NCBI GenBank assembly: GCA_035652275.1
Contig: DASREB010000339.1
Location: forward strand, 1,142 to 65,141
DNA length: 64,000 nucleotides
From: Burkholderiales bacterium
Lineage (GTDB): Bacteria; Pseudomonadota; Gammaproteobacteria; Burkholderiales; SG8-39
Direction of reading: 5' to 3'
Shown: positions 60,913-64,000 of the stretch, piece after piece
Layout of the letters: the number at the start of each line of letters is the position of its first letter
Numbering within the stretch: position 1 is the stretch's first letter
Made by a program: the position numbers and the translations under genes
The notes under the pieces: generated by a model
The model's database searches: none
The model's input: the letters and a program-made list of their open reading frames with translations, nothing else
What the model was told of the DNA's origin: nothing

Positions 60913-62034
60913 CTACTGCGCGGCGGGCGGATTCCAGGGCACCGGGGTCACCGGCGCGCCCGGGCGCACGCGCTGCAGTCCGTCGACGATCACGCGATCG
61001 CCATCCTTGAGGCCATCGCTCACGATCCAGCTCGTGCCACGCGCCGCCTCTACGCGCACGGTGCGCTCGGCCGCCTTGTCGTCGGCGCCGACCACCATCA
61101 CGGAGGATTTGTCGCCCGCACGGCTTACCGCCTGCTGCGGAACGAGGAACGCGGTGCCGACCGCCTGCGCCAGCCGCGCGCGCACGTACATGCCCGGCAG
61201 CAACAGGCGCTGCGGGTTCGGAAACTGCGCGCGCACGTGCACCGTGCCGGTGTCCGGGTCGACGGTGGCGTCGGTGAACAACAGCCGCCCGCGCTGCGGG
61301 TGTTCCCGGCCGTCCTCGGTGACGAGCGTGACCTGCGCCTCAGTCGCCTCGACCGTGCCGCTCGCCACGAGCTGCCTCAAGCGCAGGAACGAAGCGCTCG
61401 GCTGCGCCAGGTTGACATAGATCGGGTCGATCTGCTGGATCACGGCGAGCGGCGTTGGTTCGCCCTGGCCGACCAGCGCGCCCTCGCTCACCAGCGCGCG
61501 GCCGATGCGGCCCGAGATCGGCGCCGTGACCGAGGCGTACGAAAGGTTGAGCTGCGCAGTCTCGCGCGCCGCGCGCGCCGCTGCGACCTCGGCTTCTGCG
61601 ACCTTGCGCGCGGCTGCGATGTCGGCGAATTCCTGCTGGCTCACCGCCTGCGTCTTCACCAGCGGCGCGTAGCGCTCCTCCTTCGAGCGCGCGGCGGCGA
61701 GCGCCGCCTCGGCCTTCTGCAACGCCGCGGCGGCGTTGCCGAGCGCCGCGCGCAGAGGTGCCGGGTCAATCTGGAAGAGCTCCTGGCCTTCCTTCACCAG
61801 AGAACCCTCGGCGAACAGCCGCTTCTGGACGATGCCGGCGGCGCGCGCGCGAACCTCGGCGACGCGAAAGGCCTCGACGCGGCCCGGCAGCTCACTCGCG
61901 AAGGCGACCGGCTGCTGCCTGGCCGTCAGCACGCCCACTTGCGGCGGGGGCGGCGCGGCCATCTTGCCGGCGTCGCGCTCGCCGCACGCGGCGAGGCCGA
62001 TCAGCAGTGCCAGGAGCAAACGTGCCGCCTTCAC
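60913..62034 (-). CDS. RND efflux periplasmic adaptor (membrane fusion protein, AcrA/MexA-like)
   Basis: 373 aa. GTG start after GAGGAGG. Lipobox LIGLAACG. Coiled-coil and barrel pattern of the MFP family. Confidence 0.92.
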   Translation of the reverse strand: MKAARLLLALLIGLAACGERDAGKMAAPPPPQVGVLTARQQPVAFASELPGRVEAFRVAEVRARAAGIVQKRLFAEGSLVKEGQELFQIDPAPLRAALGNAAAALQKAEAALAAARSKEERYAPLVKTQAVSQQEFADIAAARKVAEAEVAAARAARETAQLNLSYASVTAPISGRIGRALVSEGALVGQGEPTPLAVIQQIDPIYVNLAQPSASFLRLRQLVASGTVEATEAQVTLVTEDGREHPQRGRLLFTDATVDPDTGTVHVRAQFPNPQRLLLPGMYVRARLAQAVGTAFLVPQQAVSRAGDKSSVMVVGADDKAAERTVRVEAARGTSWIVSDGLKDGDRVIVDGLQRVRPGAPVTPVPWNPPAAQ

Positions 62035-62127
62035 GCCGTCCTCCTCGTCCGCTTGTCGAGCAAGCAGGTTACACAGCTACCGGCCTTCGGGGAAGCGCCG
62101 CGCTATTGCGCGCCGACCGGTGTAGTG

Positions 62128-62472
62128 TCAGTGCGCGGTACGCGCGCCGTCGATGGGATAGAGGGCGCCGGTGATGATGCCGGCATGGTCGGACGCGGGG
62201 AATAGCGCGAGGCCCGCGATCTCCTCCGGCTCCGCGGCGGATCGGTGAATCGGCCAGAACCCGCTCGCGGATTTTAGGATCGTTGAGCCAGCGCTCGGTC
62301 ATCGGCTATCGGACCAGGCCGGGTGCGATCGCATTGACGCGGATGCATCTACGTCGCCGATGACCACCGAAGCACCCGCGCCCGCAAAGGCGAGCGCTGT
62401 GGCGCGGCCAATTCCCGTTGCCGCGCCGGTGGTCAGCACCGTGCTTCGCGCAAAACTCAATTCCAGCTTCAT
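62128..62472 (-). pseudogene. SDR pseudogene with a large internal deletion and frameshifts
   Basis: GGAGG RBS + MKLELSFARSTVLTTGAATGIGRATALAFAGAGASVVIGDVD, then a direct jump to IRVNAIAPGLV (normally ~130 aa later), then frame changes: MTERWLNDPKIRERVLADSPIRR / EPEEIAGLALFPASDHAGIITGALYPIDGA. Confidence 0.75.
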
Positions 62473-62575
62473 GTGAACCTCCGTTGCGCGAATCCCAGGT
62501 GGGACACGCGTCGGGTGGCTGCAAACAGCCTGCGAGTACGGTTAACCGTCGGCGGCAGATCTCGCGACGCTGTAC

Positions 62576-62821
62576 TCAGCCGATGTATTTCTCGACAACG
62601 TTGGCCGGCCGCACTTGCGCCTCGGCCGGATCGCGCCCCGTCTCGCGCGCCGCGCGGCGCTGGCGCAGCAGATCCCAGCACTGATCGAGCTCCACCTCGA
62701 TCTGCCTGAGCCGCTTCGCTTGTTCATCGGCGAGCGATCCCTGACCGAAAAGGTTGTGCTCTTCCGACACCAGGCGTTCGATGTGTCTCAACACCGACGT
62801 GTCCTTCGCTGAGTTTTCCAT
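62576..62821 (-). CDS. DUF2630 family protein (paralog 2)
   Basis: 81 aa from ATG 62821 (GGAGGG RBS). LVSEEHNLF...IEVELDQCWDLLRQRRAARETGRDP...VEKYIG. Its last 21 nt are identical to paralog 1. Confidence 0.78.
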   Translation of the reverse strand: MENSAKDTSVLRHIERLVSEEHNLFGQGSLADEQAKRLRQIEVELDQCWDLLRQRRAARETGRDPAEAQVRPANVVEKYIG

Positions 62822-62837
62822 CGTTTCCCTCCTCTCA

Positions 62838-63224
62838 CTAGAGGTGATCTCGATCACGCTTGGCGTGGAAGCACCGTCGGCGAGGCTGCCGACGAAACAA
62901 CCGACCTGGCATGTCTTGGCCATGTGACCTTCCTTGCGTACCGTTCAAGCCTACGCCCTTGCCGAAGCTCGCGCCATCGTCTCGAAGTGCGGCGGCGGAC
63001 GGTTTCTTGCCGTCGCCGACGTAGTGCAAATTCATCTTGGAAGTACGTACCGCGAGGTAGCTTTTTACGCGACAGTGGATCCAGGTGGAGGATCGCGAGG
63101 CGCGTCACCTTGAACGCGCCCGTGAGGGCGCTCGATCTTCAGGCGTTTGGAAACATCGCAGATCTTGGTCATCAGGCTCGGGATGTCCGTCGCTGCGGTC
63201 GGTGATCAATACACGCTGCGCCAT
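62838..63224 (-). pseudogene. decayed paralog of the SDR gene at 51606-52370 (multiple internal deletions)
   Basis: Starts ATGGCGCAGCGTGTATTGATCACC (MAQRVLIT, compare MAQRVLVT). Retains blocks GGACATCCCGAGCCTGATGACCAAGATCTGCGATGTTTCCAAACG and CCTCACGGGCGCGTTCAAGGTGACGCGCCTCGCGATCCTCCACCTG, homologous to the intact gene but out of frame. Confidence 0.7.
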
Positions 63225-63252
63225 GCTGACGTCCTGTTCGTTGATGAGCCGC

Positions 63253-63849
63253 CTAGCGCGGCACCACGCCGTCGATCCAGACGATGACCTCGTCGAACAG
63301 CTCGCCGAGCGCCCGGTTGAAAGCCTGTACTGCACCCGGCGCGTCGTAGCTCGCAGCCGGTGCCGAGGCGCTGAAGCTGCGCCGCGCCACGAATGTGCGG
63401 CGCGCGGGATCGGTCAGCTCGGCGGTGAGCGAAACGCGTGCGCTACCCGGAGCGGAAGCGGCGTCGTGGTAAAGCTCGGCGAGGTAAATACTCAGGACCA
63501 GATCGCCGCGCACCGTGCTCGTGACGCTCGCCACCGTTCGGAAGGCGCCGCTACTTTCCAGGCGCGCGGCCAGCAGCTCGCCGATCCTCTGCCCGGGCGG
63601 CTCGGTCCAGCTATGGTACTGGTAATACGCCCGCGTCCCGGGGGCCCGGCTGTAGGCGATGCCCTGCGTATCGTAGAAGCTCGACACGGTGGCTGGCGCG
63701 AGCAGCAGCGTGGCGCTGCGCGTCGTTTCGGCCCTTGCGTTCGGAGTTGCCGGATCTTCCAGCACGTAAAAGCGCTGCGCCTCGCGCGGACCGGAGGAAA
63801 GGCAGCCGGTCAGGACACCGGCGAGCGCGACAAGCATCAAGCTTCTCAC
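63253..63849 (-). CDS. PqiC/YmbA-like ABC-transport auxiliary lipoprotein (DUF330)
   Basis: 198 aa. Lipobox LAGVLTGC. RFYVLEDPA... and FYDTQGIAYSRAPGTRAYYQYHSWTEPPGQRIGELL match the family pattern. GTGA overlap with the upstream gene. Confidence 0.8.
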   Translation of the reverse strand: MRSLMLVALAGVLTGCLSSGPREAQRFYVLEDPATPNARAETTRSATLLLAPATVSSFYDTQGIAYSRAPGTRAYYQYHSWTEPPGQRIGELLAARLESSGAFRTVASVTSTVRGDLVLSIYLAELYHDAASAPGSARVSLTAELTDPARRTFVARRSFSASAPAASYDAPGAVQAFNRALGELFDEVIVWIDGVVPR

Positions 63850-64000
63850 CGACCGCGCTCGCCCGGTCCAAGGCTGCCCTCGGGCGGCCCGAACAAAATG
63901 CTGCGCGGATCGTTGAAGCGGCGCGCCACGGCGCCGAGCGCTTCCGCGCTGGCGCGCAGTTCCTGCGCCGTGACCCGCAGCTCGACGTCGCCGCTCGCTA
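63846..64000 (-). CDS. MCE/PqiB/MlaD-family protein, C-terminal end only (gene continues beyond the window)
   Basis: My own translation of the minus strand gives ...SGDVELRVTAQELRASAEALGAVARRFNDPRSILFGPPEGSLGPGERGR*, ending at TGA 63846. Position upstream of the PqiC-like gene fits. Confidence 0.5.
   Translation of the reverse strand, partial: ASGDVELRVTAQELRASAEALGAVARRFNDPRSILFGPPEGSLGPGERGR

Noticed and set aside
57796-62205. Long plus-strand ORFs (612 aa and 725 aa) opposite the RND pump and adaptor genes
   Set aside because: The opposite strand encodes complete AcrB-, AcrA- and OprM-like proteins with lipoboxes and overlapping starts. The plus-strand products are Arg/Asp/His-rich with no recognisable domains.

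Overview
High-GC proteobacterial chromosome segment. Gene content and synteny (tig-clpP-clpX-lon-hupB-tRNA-Val-tRNA-Asp, ompR-envZ, hpnCDE, ispDF, mfd, purL) look most like a betaproteobacterium. Coding is dense, with many 1-8 nt stop/start overlaps, and most long antisense ORFs in the track are GC artefacts. Core blocks: purL; an amide/ureide-type cluster (formamidase, PuuE-like deacetylase, SnoaL-like) divergent from a Liv-type ABC importer whose second permease and both ATPases are fused into one 800-aa protein; serB-mfd; an ispD-ispF-led string of eight tightly packed genes ending in a stand-alone LigD-type primase-polymerase, convergent with an ATP-dependent ligase; ompR-envZ; an uncharacterised six-gene translationally coupled operon (two tartrate-dehydrogenase-like paralogs, two methyltransferases, SDR, DMT exporter); tsaB-rimI-udg; lplT; alr-radA; hpnCDE; tRNA-Leu; and the protease/chaperone block. 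Directly after tRNA-Asp there is an integrative island: a tyrosine integrase, an Xis-like HTH gene, five exactly phased 22-bp direct repeats, and an AAA+ ATPase with a PD-(D/E)xK-like C-terminus. The island is followed by a mosaic of gene remnants. After that come a redox cluster (SDR, wrbA-doxX-extradiol dioxygenase, LysR), an RND efflux operon, more decayed SDR genes with a second DUF2630 paralog, and a PqiC/MCE locus at the window edge. No rRNA or CRISPR was seen. The island's right end (attR) could not be found.
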